Origin: a virus
Direction: 5' to 3' (one strand)
Virus record (IMG/VR): IMGVR_UViG_3300045988_116821
Length of the DNA: 42,713 bases
Shown one piece after another: positions 13,192-20,967 of this stretch. The first letter of the stretch is position 1, and each line of letters starts with the position of its first letter. A program made the translations under genes and the position numbers. The notes below the pieces were generated by a model, which worked only from the letters and a program-made list of their open reading frames with translations, searched no databases and had not been told where the DNA came from.

Positions 13192-14910
13192 TTATTCTTC
13201 TCGACAATCTTTGACAAGATTCTTGATCAATCTCAATCCTGCTGTGATTAATTGCTGTCTCATAATCTCCATGCGCGGCATCCCTGGTTCTTCCTTTTCC
13301 ACTTCAAGGATTTCCCTGAGTTTTCGCTCTTCATCGTACAAGTATCCAGTTATTTCTATTTCTGTCGGAATTGGGATGTCCTTCAGTTCCGGCGGCCAGG
13401 CATCTGGCATGTCGGTAGTATCACCGAAATGGTCTGCGGTTTTGGTATCTTCAACAGAATCGTGCTGCTTTTCGTCTGGTGTTTCCGCTACCGATTGGCA
13501 GCGTTCTTCTTCATCGAACTTGGAATCCCATGGATCGTAAAGTTTCTTTGCTTCTGCAATCAGTTTTCCGTACTTCATGGACACTTTTTCTTTTCCAATT
13601 TCAATCTCCAGTCCTGCGTTAAATCCCATGAATGTATATCCAACCTCAGGTCCAGTACATCCGTGGTATCCATACGGTGCAATTCTCTTTTGCGCTGCTC
13701 GGGCAGCATCTCCATTGTTATTGTATAGCCTGCATATTCTCATGATTGTTTTTAATTTTTCAGGATATGCCCCACAGAATGCTTTTACTGCTGCTGATAT
13801 TGCTGATATTGTGTCTTCCGTCTTCTCCGGTGTATCTACAGGTACCATCTTGACCGGTTTCTTATGCCCATATTTCCTGATCAGGATCTTGGCCAGGGAC
13901 TGCCAGGACAGCTCGTGTTCAAATACCCCTCCTGGATTAAAGGTGATCCCGGCGGTTGATCCTTGGTAATTGAGGTGTCCGTTTCGGACACGTGCTGATC
14001 CATACAAGTTCGAAAGCATGAAGATGGTCATGTTCTTGTCTTCCTGGATGATGTAGTTCTTCATGTTCTTGTTTGTGCTCTCATAGAAACGCTCAATCTG
14101 TGTCTCTGCCGGAATCTCCGTATCATCTTCCGGAGGTCTGTTCTGGCCGGTTGCTGTTTCGATGGTCATCTGGCCAGGAATACCTTTCTCTGCTTCCTGC
14201 TGCCGGTACAGGTCTCTGATATCATCCAGTGTCAAGACCCCTGCTTCTTCGTATAACTCGCAAGCCTGTTTCTGATATTCTTTATTGAGTTTTGACACTT
14301 CATAGGCCACGGAAATCTTGATCCTGTCTTCTTTAAATTCTGACATCAGCTGCTCACAGAGGTTTGTGCTAATCGAATGGTATCTTCCCAGCTGACCGCC
14401 GGACGTTCCGATCAGGTCTTTCAGGATGTCTCTTGTCTTTCCTTCCATCGGTGATTTCTCACGGAGTTCTTTCACAAGGCCTTCCATCTTGAGCGTTTCA
14501 GTCATTTTTTCCCAGTCGGATTTATCACGATAACAGTTCGCCTGGATGATCATGATCTGGCGTACTATGTCGTTTTCCTGACCCGCATCCTGTTCCAGTT
14601 TCGATTGTGTTTTATATATACATGGAACCCGGCTGAATCTGTCATTTCCTTCATTGAGCAGATCAATACAGCACTTCCGGCGGCAATGGCCGGCTATAAC
14701 GTAATCCTTCCCATCCCTGTTCTCGATCAGGAGCGGTTGAAGGATCCCCAGAAGCTTGATCGACTGTTTCAGCCTTTCAAGCTTCTCTGTGTTGTAGAAG
14801 TTTTCTTCTGACGGGATCAGATCTTTTGGATTTCGGTATACGATCTTCTGGTCCTGCTGCCGGTCCGGGACTGATCTGTCATTGAGAAGTCCTTTCAGAT
14901 CAAATTTCGC
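13192..14910 (-). CDS. parB: ParB-like N-terminal domain protein with a large uncharacterised C-terminal region
   Basis: LGILQPLLIENRDGKDYVIAGHCRR ParB/Srx-type motif; start overlaps the ParA stop; ATG 14910 with SD GGAGA. Confidence 0.7.
   Translation of the reverse strand, partial: AKFDLKGLLNDRSVPDRQQDQKIVYRNPKDLIPSEENFYNTEKLERLKQSIKLLGILQPLLIENRDGKDYVIAGHCRRKCCIDLLNEGNDRFSRVPCIYKTQSKLEQDAGQENDIVRQIMIIQANCYRDKSDWEKMTETLKMEGLVKELREKSPMEGKTRDILKDLIGTSGGQLGRYHSISTNLCEQLMSEFKEDRIKISVAYEVSKLNKEYQKQACELYEEAGVLTLDDIRDLYRQQEAEKGIPGQMTIETATGQNRPPEDDTEIPAETQIERFYESTNKNMKNYIIQEDKNMTIFMLSNLYGSARVRNGHLNYQGSTAGITFNPGGVFEHELSWQSLAKILIRKYGHKKPVKMVPVDTPEKTEDTISAISAAVKAFCGAYPEKLKTIMRICRLYNNNGDAARAAQKRIAPYGYHGCTGPEVGYTFMGFNAGLEIEIGKEKVSMKYGKLIAEAKKLYDPWDSKFDEEERCQSVAETPDEKQHDSVEDTKTADHFGDTTDMPDAWPPELKDIPIPTEIEITGYLYDEERKLREILEVEKEEPGMPRMEIMRQQLITAGLRLIKNLVKDCREE
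13974..13991. repeat. GTGTCC-N5-GGACAC palindrome, copy 2 (inside the parB-like gene)
   Basis: GGTGTCCGTTTCGGACAC. Confidence 0.85.
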
Positions 14911-15682
14911 CATCGTCTTCATCTCCAATCATATCCAGGTACTCATTCACAAGGGTTTCATAGTCTTCTGCTGCCGCTGATCTGGGACTGTGCAGGGCTA
15001 CAGGCATGCGCACGAATGTGCTCCTTGCTACTACACCGGAAAAGCGTATCTTCGTTCTCATGATCGGGTACTGTTCTTCTATGATCTCCGCTCCCTGCAG
15101 GTGCGCCTGGTTGAATTTCTGATATTTTGTTATAAAGCAGCGCACGTTCTTCAGATCCGGATTCAATTCTTCTTTTACATCATCGATCTGATCCAGAAGC
15201 TCGTTCATACCTTCCAGCGTGTTATCATCTACTTCTACCGGAATCAGGACATCGTCTGCGGCAGTCAGGGCGTTGATCACCGACACATTGATATCCGGAG
15301 CATTATCGATCACGCAGAAATCGTAATTATCGGCTACCTGCTGCAGTGCCTTTCTCAACCGGTTCTGCTGTGGGCGTACACGGTCCATGGTTACTTCCAT
15401 GTTTGCAGTCAGGAGACCAAGGTTTGCTGTGATGATATCCAGATGCAGATAGTCAGTCTTGTTGATCAGTTTTTCCATATCCGGATGCCGGTCTACCATG
15501 ATCCGGTCAATCCCTTCCCCATCCTGGGTACGGCGGTTCATTCCACGTGAACAGTCCCCCTGCTTGTCATTATCAACCAGAAGCACCTTGTATCCTTTCC
15601 GCATCAGTATGTATGCGATGTTAATGCTTGATGTGGTCTTGGCCACACCGCCCTTTAAATTGATGATTGCTATTGTTCTCAT
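14900..15682 (-). CDS. parA: ParA/Soj-type partition ATPase
   Basis: MRTIAIINLKGGVAKTT deviant Walker A; ATG 15682 with SD AAGGAGG. Confidence 0.85.
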   Translation of the reverse strand: MRTIAIINLKGGVAKTTSSINIAYILMRKGYKVLLVDNDKQGDCSRGMNRRTQDGEGIDRIMVDRHPDMEKLINKTDYLHLDIITANLGLLTANMEVTMDRVRPQQNRLRKALQQVADNYDFCVIDNAPDINVSVINALTAADDVLIPVEVDDNTLEGMNELLDQIDDVKEELNPDLKNVRCFITKYQKFNQAHLQGAEIIEEQYPIMRTKIRFSGVVARSTFVRMPVALHSPRSAAAEDYETLVNEYLDMIGDEDDGEI

Positions 15683-15692
15683 GATATCCTCC

Positions 15693-16094
15693 TTATCTTT
15701 CCTCTCCCATGCTGCATCCATCATTTTCTCTCAACTGTACAGCTGGAAGGCCAAACCCTCTACAATAGTGATATCCTGACTTTCCTTTAGCTCTGTACCT
15801 GCAGTCTTTGCAGAGTGTGATCTTACGATATCTGTTCATAAGCTGACCGGTCTGGCTCTTATCAAAGTTATTGATCTTCTCATATTCCTCCCGGATTCTG
15901 TCAGCATACTGTTGTAATCCGCAACGTCCGCATATCCTGTCCATCAAATCTCCCTGCATTTCTTCTCGAAACCAGCACAATTCATCGCAGACATATGCCA
16001 TTAATTTCTCAAGGATGCCGTCTATGCCTTCGTCTTCGTTCCTTGTCTGCTCTCTGCATCCATTCTGGTTTTCCTCCGATCGGTTCATCATCAA
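15693..16094 (-). CDS. Cys-rich (zinc-finger-like) hypothetical protein
   Basis: CGRCG and CKDCRYRAKGKSGYHYC patterns. Confidence 0.55.
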   Translation of the reverse strand: MMMNRSEENQNGCREQTRNEDEGIDGILEKLMAYVCDELCWFREEMQGDLMDRICGRCGLQQYADRIREEYEKINNFDKSQTGQLMNRYRKITLCKDCRYRAKGKSGYHYCRGFGLPAVQLRENDGCSMGEER

Positions 16095-16233
16095 ACCATA
16101 TCCCTCCTTTTTCGTCTTTGTAGTATGTAAACCGGATACCTGACTTAATAATGGTACCCAGACATTCCATTGTTAATATGTCCTGTTCCGGGCGCAGGCT
16201 CCAGCCCTTGCCCCAGTATTCTTCCACATTCAC
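16009..16233 (-). CDS. Hypothetical protein (74 aa), overlaps both neighbours
   Basis: GTG start with GGAG upstream; ends of these three ORFs overlap, so boundaries are uncertain. Confidence 0.4.
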   Translation of the reverse strand: MNVEEYWGKGWSLRPEQDILTMECLGTIIKSGIRFTYYKDEKGGIWFDDEPIGGKPEWMQRADKERRRRHRRHP

Positions 16234-16657
16234 GGTGCTTCATCTCCTCTCGCAGCCATGCTGAATAACTGTGTTTCTCTGTTTTTGCGGTGATTTCGTG
16301 TGGATCCGGAAGCTGATTTATAGCTTTAAACAGTCTGCACCATTCCTCTCTGTTCGCGATCGGCTTTCCTTTTGTGTCCAACCAGCCGGATCCGGCCATT
16401 TCCGTGATCTTTCCCAGGCGACTTGTAACATACAGATCGCTTATGTAAAAGCACACGTCACAGGTTCTCGTCATGTGATCCAGTGCATCCACCATGGTAA
16501 GCAATATGGCCTGATGATATGTTCCAGTTACCCTTCCAAAATGCTCCCTTGTCTCTTTCCCTGTCCGGAGCTGAGTCGACAGCACATATCCGCATTTTCT
16601 TTCCACATTTCCGCGAAACCGGCTGCTTGTCTCAATAAAAACATTTACTTGCTGCAT
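16145..16657 (-). CDS. RNase H-like fold protein
   Basis: VNVFIETSS / TYHQAILLTMVDAL / CFYISDLYV / GWLDTKGKPIANREEW blocks align by eye to RNase HI. Confidence 0.55.
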   Translation of the reverse strand: MQQVNVFIETSSRFRGNVERKCGYVLSTQLRTGKETREHFGRVTGTYHQAILLTMVDALDHMTRTCDVCFYISDLYVTSRLGKITEMAGSGWLDTKGKPIANREEWCRLFKAINQLPDPHEITAKTEKHSYSAWLREEMKHRECGRILGQGLEPAPGTGHINNGMSGYHY

Positions 16658-16658
16658 G

Positions 16659-17483
16659 TTATTCCCTTCTCTTCTCTGTTTTGATTAATATGTAATGCCG
16701 GTATGCGTATCCTGTTATCTTGTTTTTCCCGCATTTTACTGAGTTTGGCACGATCGCCCAGCCTTTTGGCGGCTTCGGATCTCGCGGCCTTCCATGCTTG
16801 TCCAGCAAGCTTCTTCTGTTTATCTCTTCTTTTTCTGGATCTTTGCGGATTAGATTCCTGGACGGGTGATACCGTTTCAGATCTTCCGGCTCATGATCCT
16901 GCAGCGGCTTGGTTATGTACTGTGCTAGTTCTCCAGAATCAACGTCATACACCCTTTTTGTCTGTGCATGGCCATGTTCCCAGAGTGTTTCTACCAGCAG
17001 GCCTGTGTCTGTTTCATCGTTTGACTTCCGATTGATTAAAACATGTACATGGGGTCCTCCATTCTTCCCGATTTCTAACCGGTATATATACTTCAGTTCC
17101 CATCCATATTTTTTATACTTGTCCCGGAGCTTTCGAATGAATTTTGACATATCTTTCTGCATCTGTTTCCAGGGCGGCCGTGAGCCTTTCTTGTACGTCA
17201 GCGTGAACCAGTAATCTCCTATTCCGAAATTCCACTTGATCAGCCTGCGAACATCTCTTTCTCTTTTCCATTGATTTTGCTTTGCAATTTCTTCCGGGGT
17301 AGCTTTCCGTCTTTTCTGGCGTTTCTGTCCCCTGGCACCATATCTTCCTGTATGTTTTTCTTCTACTTCTCTGGTGTTCCCACAGTCCCAGGTCTGCCTT
17401 ATATACCCACACTTCATAAAAGTGTCCCTCGTCTCATCTCTAATACGTTTAATCAAGCCTGCAAGGGGATCTTGTCCCCTCAA
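16659..17483 (-). CDS. rep: HUH rolling-circle replication initiator (Rep)
   Basis: FTLTY (motif 1), GPHVHVLI (HUH), ELAQYITKP (catalytic Tyr). Track start is TTG 17483; ATG 17417 (SD GAGGGA) is an alternative. Confidence 0.75.
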   Translation of the reverse strand: MRGQDPLAGLIKRIRDETRDTFMKCGYIRQTWDCGNTREVEEKHTGRYGARGQKRQKRRKATPEEIAKQNQWKRERDVRRLIKWNFGIGDYWFTLTYKKGSRPPWKQMQKDMSKFIRKLRDKYKKYGWELKYIYRLEIGKNGGPHVHVLINRKSNDETDTGLLVETLWEHGHAQTKRVYDVDSGELAQYITKPLQDHEPEDLKRYHPSRNLIRKDPEKEEINRRSLLDKHGRPRDPKPPKGWAIVPNSVKCGKNKITGYAYRHYILIKTEKRRE

Positions 17484-17523
17484 AAAAAGGTTAAAAATAT
17501 AGCGGTATATAACCGCCGGATGC

Positions 17524-17552
17524 TTGACTTTCCGGCTCCCTGGTGTTATATT
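17524..17552 (+). promoter_or_regulatory. Plus-strand promoter TTGACT-N17-TGtTATATT
   Basis: -35 at 17524..17529, TG at 17544..17545, -10 at 17547..17552. Confidence 0.6.
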
Positions 17553-17558
17553 TTATGT

Positions 17559-17623
17559 AAACTTATTTTCTCCAGGGGCCGGATGGTCCTGGCTCAAGCG
17601 GTGCAACGCCTGAGCCTTTTTTT
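17559..17623 (+). ncRNA. Predicted ~65-nt countertranscript-like RNA antisense to the rep upstream leader
   Basis: Promoter above; hairpin CCAGG..CCTGG (17572..17592); terminator GGCTCA.GCG-GTGCAA-CGC.TGAGCC (17591..17616) followed by TTTTTTT. Confidence 0.5.
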
Positions 17624-17669
17624 CTTTTACCTCTTGATTTCTTCTGTGAATTTGATATACTGAATTTGT

Positions 17670-17876
17670 CTAATTATTCAAGCCCTTTACATTTGCAGAT
17701 GTGAGGGCTCTTTTTATTACTCTGGTTTTGTCCTCCAGCCATGTAATTGTGATCATGGCCACGATCGTTATGCAGATACTTCCTGTCAGAAATGTGAGCT
17801 TATCGCCCCAGTCCCAGAGTGGAAGTAATGCTACGAGTTGGCCTGTAATCAGGCTGATGATCACATTCTTTTGCAT
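17670..17876 (-). CDS. Small membrane protein (68 aa)
   Basis: Two hydrophobic segments; SD GAGGAGGTG. Confidence 0.6.
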   Translation of the reverse strand: MQKNVIISLITGQLVALLPLWDWGDKLTFLTGSICITIVAMITITWLEDKTRVIKRALTSANVKGLNN

Positions 17877-17891
17877 CTTTGTTCACCTCCT

Positions 17892-18047
17892 CTACCCCAC
17901 TGATTTTCTTATGTAATAATCATTGACTATCCGGGATACGTTATCTATGATCTTCTGATTGTCTTCCGGAGTATTGTTCTTGCAGTAATCGTCATGGATC
18001 CGGATTACTCCTCCGGATCCGTTTTTGATTTCTTTGATAACTGCCAT
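17892..18047 (-). CDS. Hypothetical small protein (51 aa, MAVIKEIKNGSGGVIRIHDDYCKNN...)
   Basis: Found by hand; SD AGGAGGTG 6 nt before ATG 18047. Confidence 0.6.
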   Translation of the reverse strand: MAVIKEIKNGSGGVIRIHDDYCKNNTPEDNQKIIDNVSRIVNDYYIRKSVG

Positions 18048-18129
18048 CTAGTTCACCTCCTGCTTTATCGTATGAAGATTGTGTTTATTGTGTTTATAGA
18101 ATTTTTACTACTTTGTCGAACGCTTTTTC

Positions 18130-18209
18130 TTGTGTTTTCGACAGTACACTCCTATTCTGTATATACAGGGTGCTGACACACCCGAGTACATATGGAAGGA
18201 GGGTTGATT
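18130..18209 (+). promoter_or_regulatory. Promoter/5'-leader cassette R1
   Basis: TTGTGT-N17-TATTCT, palindrome CTGTATATACAG, hairpin GGGTG-CTGACA-CACCC (18168..18183), CGAGTA, SD GGAAGGAGGG. Confidence 0.65.
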
Positions 18210-18443
18210 ATGCGAAGATCTCAGACACCGTTTAATGGCAAACGTTTTCTGCTTAATATCAATACCGGCGAAATTCACGACTTGGATAATGAAACAGCAG
18301 AATGCAAAATTGATAAAATTAAGCCAGAACACATTAGAATGGATAATTCTTATATGTCTTGTTTGATTTATGCAAAAATGATGGGATGCCCAAACGGAAA
18401 TGGCTGTTACTATTGCCTACGGGATAAAGACGATCGGTCTTAA
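18210..18443 (+). CDS. Small Cys-rich protein (77 aa)
   Basis: ATG 18210 after SD GGAAGGAGGG; ...GCPNGNGCYYCL. Confidence 0.65.
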   Translation: MRRSQTPFNGKRFLLNINTGEIHDLDNETAECKIDKIKPEHIRMDNSYMSCLIYAKMMGCPNGNGCYYCLRDKDDRS

Positions 18444-18623
18444 CCCTTCCTTACGACCTGCATCATTAATCCGGCGCAGGTCTTCTTCTGTTATCTTGCT
18501 TTCCAGATGTTCTACTAAAGCTTCTGGATTATCGTGGAATCTTTTTCCAAATTCTATAATTATGCGAGCTGCAAGATCTGTATTTGTCTGTTTTAAGAGA
18601 TCAAATCTGTTCATTTTTTCCAC
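18417..18623 (-). CDS. Hypothetical protein (68 aa), 3' end overlaps 18210..18443 by 27 nt
   Basis: SD AAGAGGTGG before ATG 18623. Confidence 0.6.
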   Translation of the reverse strand: MEKMNRFDLLKQTNTDLAARIIIEFGKRFHDNPEALVEHLESKITEEDLRRINDAGRKEGLRPIVFIP

Positions 18624-18663
18624 CTCTTTATAAAAATTTAAGCAAATTGTCGAACGTCTTTCA

Positions 18664-18740
18664 TTGACTGTCGAGCTGTATGCTCCTATCCTGTAAATAC
18701 AGGCACTGCCATGCCGAGTATCAAAGAAAGGAGGATCTTT
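18664..18740 (+). promoter_or_regulatory. Promoter/5'-leader cassette R2
   Basis: TTGACT-N17-TATCCT, palindrome CCTGTAAATACAGG, hairpin GGCA-CTGCCA-TGCC (18702..18715), GAGTA, SD AAAGGAGG. Confidence 0.65.
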
Positions 18741-18926
18741 ATGGAAAGAAAGTATTCTGTAACTGGTTTTTGTCCAAAAGCAAATAAGGACATCAAGGTA
18801 TCAGCCACATATGTCTTCAACACTAATGTATGGGAAAAAGGCATTAGCGAACTCCCTTGTTCATCTCCGTGTAAAGACGAATGTCCTATTCTCGCTTCTG
18901 CTCCAGATGAATTAAGGAGTATCTAA
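18741..18926 (+). CDS. Small Cys-rich protein (61 aa)
   Basis: ATG 18741 after SD AAAGGAGG; CX3CX3CP pattern (LPCSSPCKDECP). Confidence 0.6.
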   Translation: MERKYSVTGFCPKANKDIKVSATYVFNTNVWEKGISELPCSSPCKDECPILASAPDELRSI

Positions 18927-19241
18927 AACCAGTTCTATTCCATTCTCCCTGCAAAGCTCTACCATTTTATCTTTAGGAATTACACCCGATGCAAGCAGTC
19001 TACTGATTGATATGTATTGTCCTTTATATGGTTCCGGCAATGCAGGGAGCATTTTTGCGTCTAACGTAACATTCGTTGCTTTCAGTTCAATCTGTAACAC
19101 AGGAAGTCCTTTGTTTTCTTTGTAACTCTGTGAAAATCTCACTCCTGCAACTCCCGGAAGCTCTTTTCCGTCAATGAAAATTTTTGTGTTTGTAATTCCA
19201 TCTGTCTGAATTAATATTTGTGGTTTTCTTATGTTTTCCAT
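18912..19241 (-). CDS. Hypothetical protein (109 aa), 3' end overlaps 18741..18926 by 15 nt
   Basis: SD AGAGGAGAA before ATG 19241. Confidence 0.65.
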   Translation of the reverse strand: MENIRKPQILIQTDGITNTKIFIDGKELPGVAGVRFSQSYKENKGLPVLQIELKATNVTLDAKMLPALPEPYKGQYISISRLLASGVIPKDKMVELCRENGIELVLDTP

Positions 19242-19271
19242 CCTAATTCTCCTCTTGGTCTGACATAAATA

Positions 19272-19351
19272 TTGACTTTCTACTGTTTCTCTCCTATTCT
19301 TTTCTTACAGGGCACTGGCATGCCCGAGTATCTCAAAAAGGAGAAAATATC
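19272..19351 (+). promoter_or_regulatory. Promoter/5'-leader cassette R3
   Basis: TTGACT-N17-TATTCT, TACAG, hairpin GGGCA-CTGGCA-TGCCC (19310..19325), GAGTA, SD AAAGGAG. Confidence 0.65.
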
Positions 19352-19735
19352 ATGCAATTAACACCTGACTGTATACGTGATGTTTTACTTGAACTTGAAA
19401 CATTTCATATGGGTGCGTACAAAGCTGATGAATTTCAAAACTCTATATCATCACATGATCGTGAACAAGTTTTGTATACCCTCATTAAATTGTTTGAGGG
19501 TGGCTATATCAACGCTCAATACGAACGATCACCTACTGGCCAGTTGATTACATTTCGAGTTTATGATATGACTTTTCAAGGACATGAGTTTCTTGAAAAA
19601 ATCCGGTCAGAAACCGTATGGGATCAAAAATTAAAACCTGTTTTTACAACCATCGGTTCCATGTCTTTGGATGTAATATCCAATGTAGCAAATAGCGTCA
19701 TAACATCCCTCGTCTTAAAAAAACTGAACTTATAA
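19352..19735 (+). CDS. DUF2513-like winged-helix protein (127 aa)
   Basis: MQLTPDCIRDVLLELE... and ...MTFQGHEFLEKIR resemble the DUF2513/YjcQ type. Confidence 0.6.
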   Translation: MQLTPDCIRDVLLELETFHMGAYKADEFQNSISSHDREQVLYTLIKLFEGGYINAQYERSPTGQLITFRVYDMTFQGHEFLEKIRSETVWDQKLKPVFTTIGSMSLDVISNVANSVITSLVLKKLNL

Positions 19736-19915
19736 TTTAAAAAGCTTTTTTGCTGCGAAGTGGGTGCATTCTTCCAGATCCTGATTATCCGGAAGTTTGT
19801 ATCCGCTTTTTTCGATATAATAGATAAGTGCTGCACAAGAAATGCTTCGAGTCAGCCACCCTACGGCGCATATCGCTGTTGATATAACAAAAACTGCTGT
19901 TATCACTTCTCTCAC
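19730..19915 (-). CDS. Small membrane protein (61 aa), 3' end overlaps 19352..19735 by 6 nt
   Basis: N-terminal TM VITAVFVISTAICAVGWL; SD GGAGGTGAG. Confidence 0.6.
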   Translation of the reverse strand: MREVITAVFVISTAICAVGWLTRSISCAALIYYIEKSGYKLPDNQDLEECTHFAAKKLFKL

Positions 19916-20036
19916 CTCCTATCCGGCCTTGCGGGCCTCAATGGTTGTCCTGTAACTCTTCTTTCCTGTAATACTGTTGTAATATCTTTCATAAAATGCT
20001 AAAATTCTTTCATAATATAATGAAAAGAGGTATTTT

Positions 20037-20879
20037 ATGTCGGATTACAATGATTCTCTCAAACGCATGACTAAAATCATGTCTGATAGTTTGCTTTGTA
20101 CATCACAATTTCATAAAGCCGTAACTTCTTCTACTGCTTTTGCTACTACTCAAAGTGTAGCTAAAATCATGGAGCCGTATCGAAATTTGTGTAAAAATTT
20201 CAAAACCGCTTATTCAGATTCTATTGCCAAAACTATAGGTCCTTGTTTATCACAACAATTGGCAAAGTCCCTTTCTGACAGCATACACAAAAGTTTTTCT
20301 AATTCTCTAAAAAACAATCCTGCTTTTACAGAATTATCATTAACACTTAACAGGGCAACACCTGAATTAACTTTTTTATCCCATTCTCACACATATGATT
20401 TTCCAACTGATTTAGGTGGAATCTCTGAGAATGACGACTATGTTATTGTTGATAAATCAGCAATCAAGACCTATAACTTGCCGGATTCTGTTGCTATACC
20501 TATTGGCAACTGTCGAATCAAACTTCCAACATCTTTATTTGTTGCTATTGTTCAATTCATTATCGGCACTGTCATTACGCTCTCTCTTACTTTTGCACAG
20601 TCCTGTTCTTCAACTGAATCAGCTAATAAGCAGTTGCAAGTAGAAAATGTTCAAATCCAGCTTTTAAAATCTCAAAACATAATGTTTCAACAGTTACTTA
20701 ACAATATAGATACTTCTTCCTCAAGTGAGATCGAAGCGATCAATGAGTTGAAGCAATCTGTCGAAGAGCAAAGTAAACAGCTTTCACAGTGTCAAGAAAC
20801 CCTTGACAAGTTTGAAGAAGCTCTTGATAATCACGAGACAGTCGAGAATATTGATACAGCAAAGAAACCAATACAATAA
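20037..20879 (+). CDS. Single-pass membrane protein with a C-terminal coiled coil, unknown function (moron candidate)
   Basis: 280-aa ORF, SD AAAAGAGG, TM LFVAIVQFIIGTVITLSLTFA, visibly AT-rich. Confidence 0.7.
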   Translation: MSDYNDSLKRMTKIMSDSLLCTSQFHKAVTSSTAFATTQSVAKIMEPYRNLCKNFKTAYSDSIAKTIGPCLSQQLAKSLSDSIHKSFSNSLKNNPAFTELSLTLNRATPELTFLSHSHTYDFPTDLGGISENDDYVIVDKSAIKTYNLPDSVAIPIGNCRIKLPTSLFVAIVQFIIGTVITLSLTFAQSCSSTESANKQLQVENVQIQLLKSQNIMFQQLLNNIDTSSSSEIEAINELKQSVEEQSKQLSQCQETLDKFEEALDNHETVENIDTAKKPIQ

Positions 20880-20967
20880 TTGCACTTACCTGCGTAATTA
20901 CCAGACAGATCTTAAGCATGTTTATCTGATTACGCAGGTAAATAATTTCTTTTTCCATTTCTTCCAT
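20740..20967 (-). CDS. Possible small membrane protein downstream of the cro-like gene; doubtful
   Basis: Begins right after the cro-like stop, but contains a 13-bp inverted repeat and overlaps the convergent gene by 140 nt. Confidence 0.35.
   Translation of the reverse strand: MEEMEKEIIYLRNQINMLKICLVITQVSAIIVLVSLLYQYSRLSRDYQELLQTCQGFLDTVKAVYFALRQIASTH
20886..20941. repeat. 13-bp perfect inverted repeat TTACCTGCGTAAT-N30-ATTACGCAGGTAA
   Basis: Arms at 20886..20898 and 20929..20941; at the convergence point of the plus and minus transcription units. Confidence 0.85.

Noticed and set aside
17271-17663. 130-aa plus-strand ORF across the rep 5' end
   Set aside because: No SD. It crosses a promoter, two hairpins and an intrinsic terminator, so the interval is better explained as non-coding control region.
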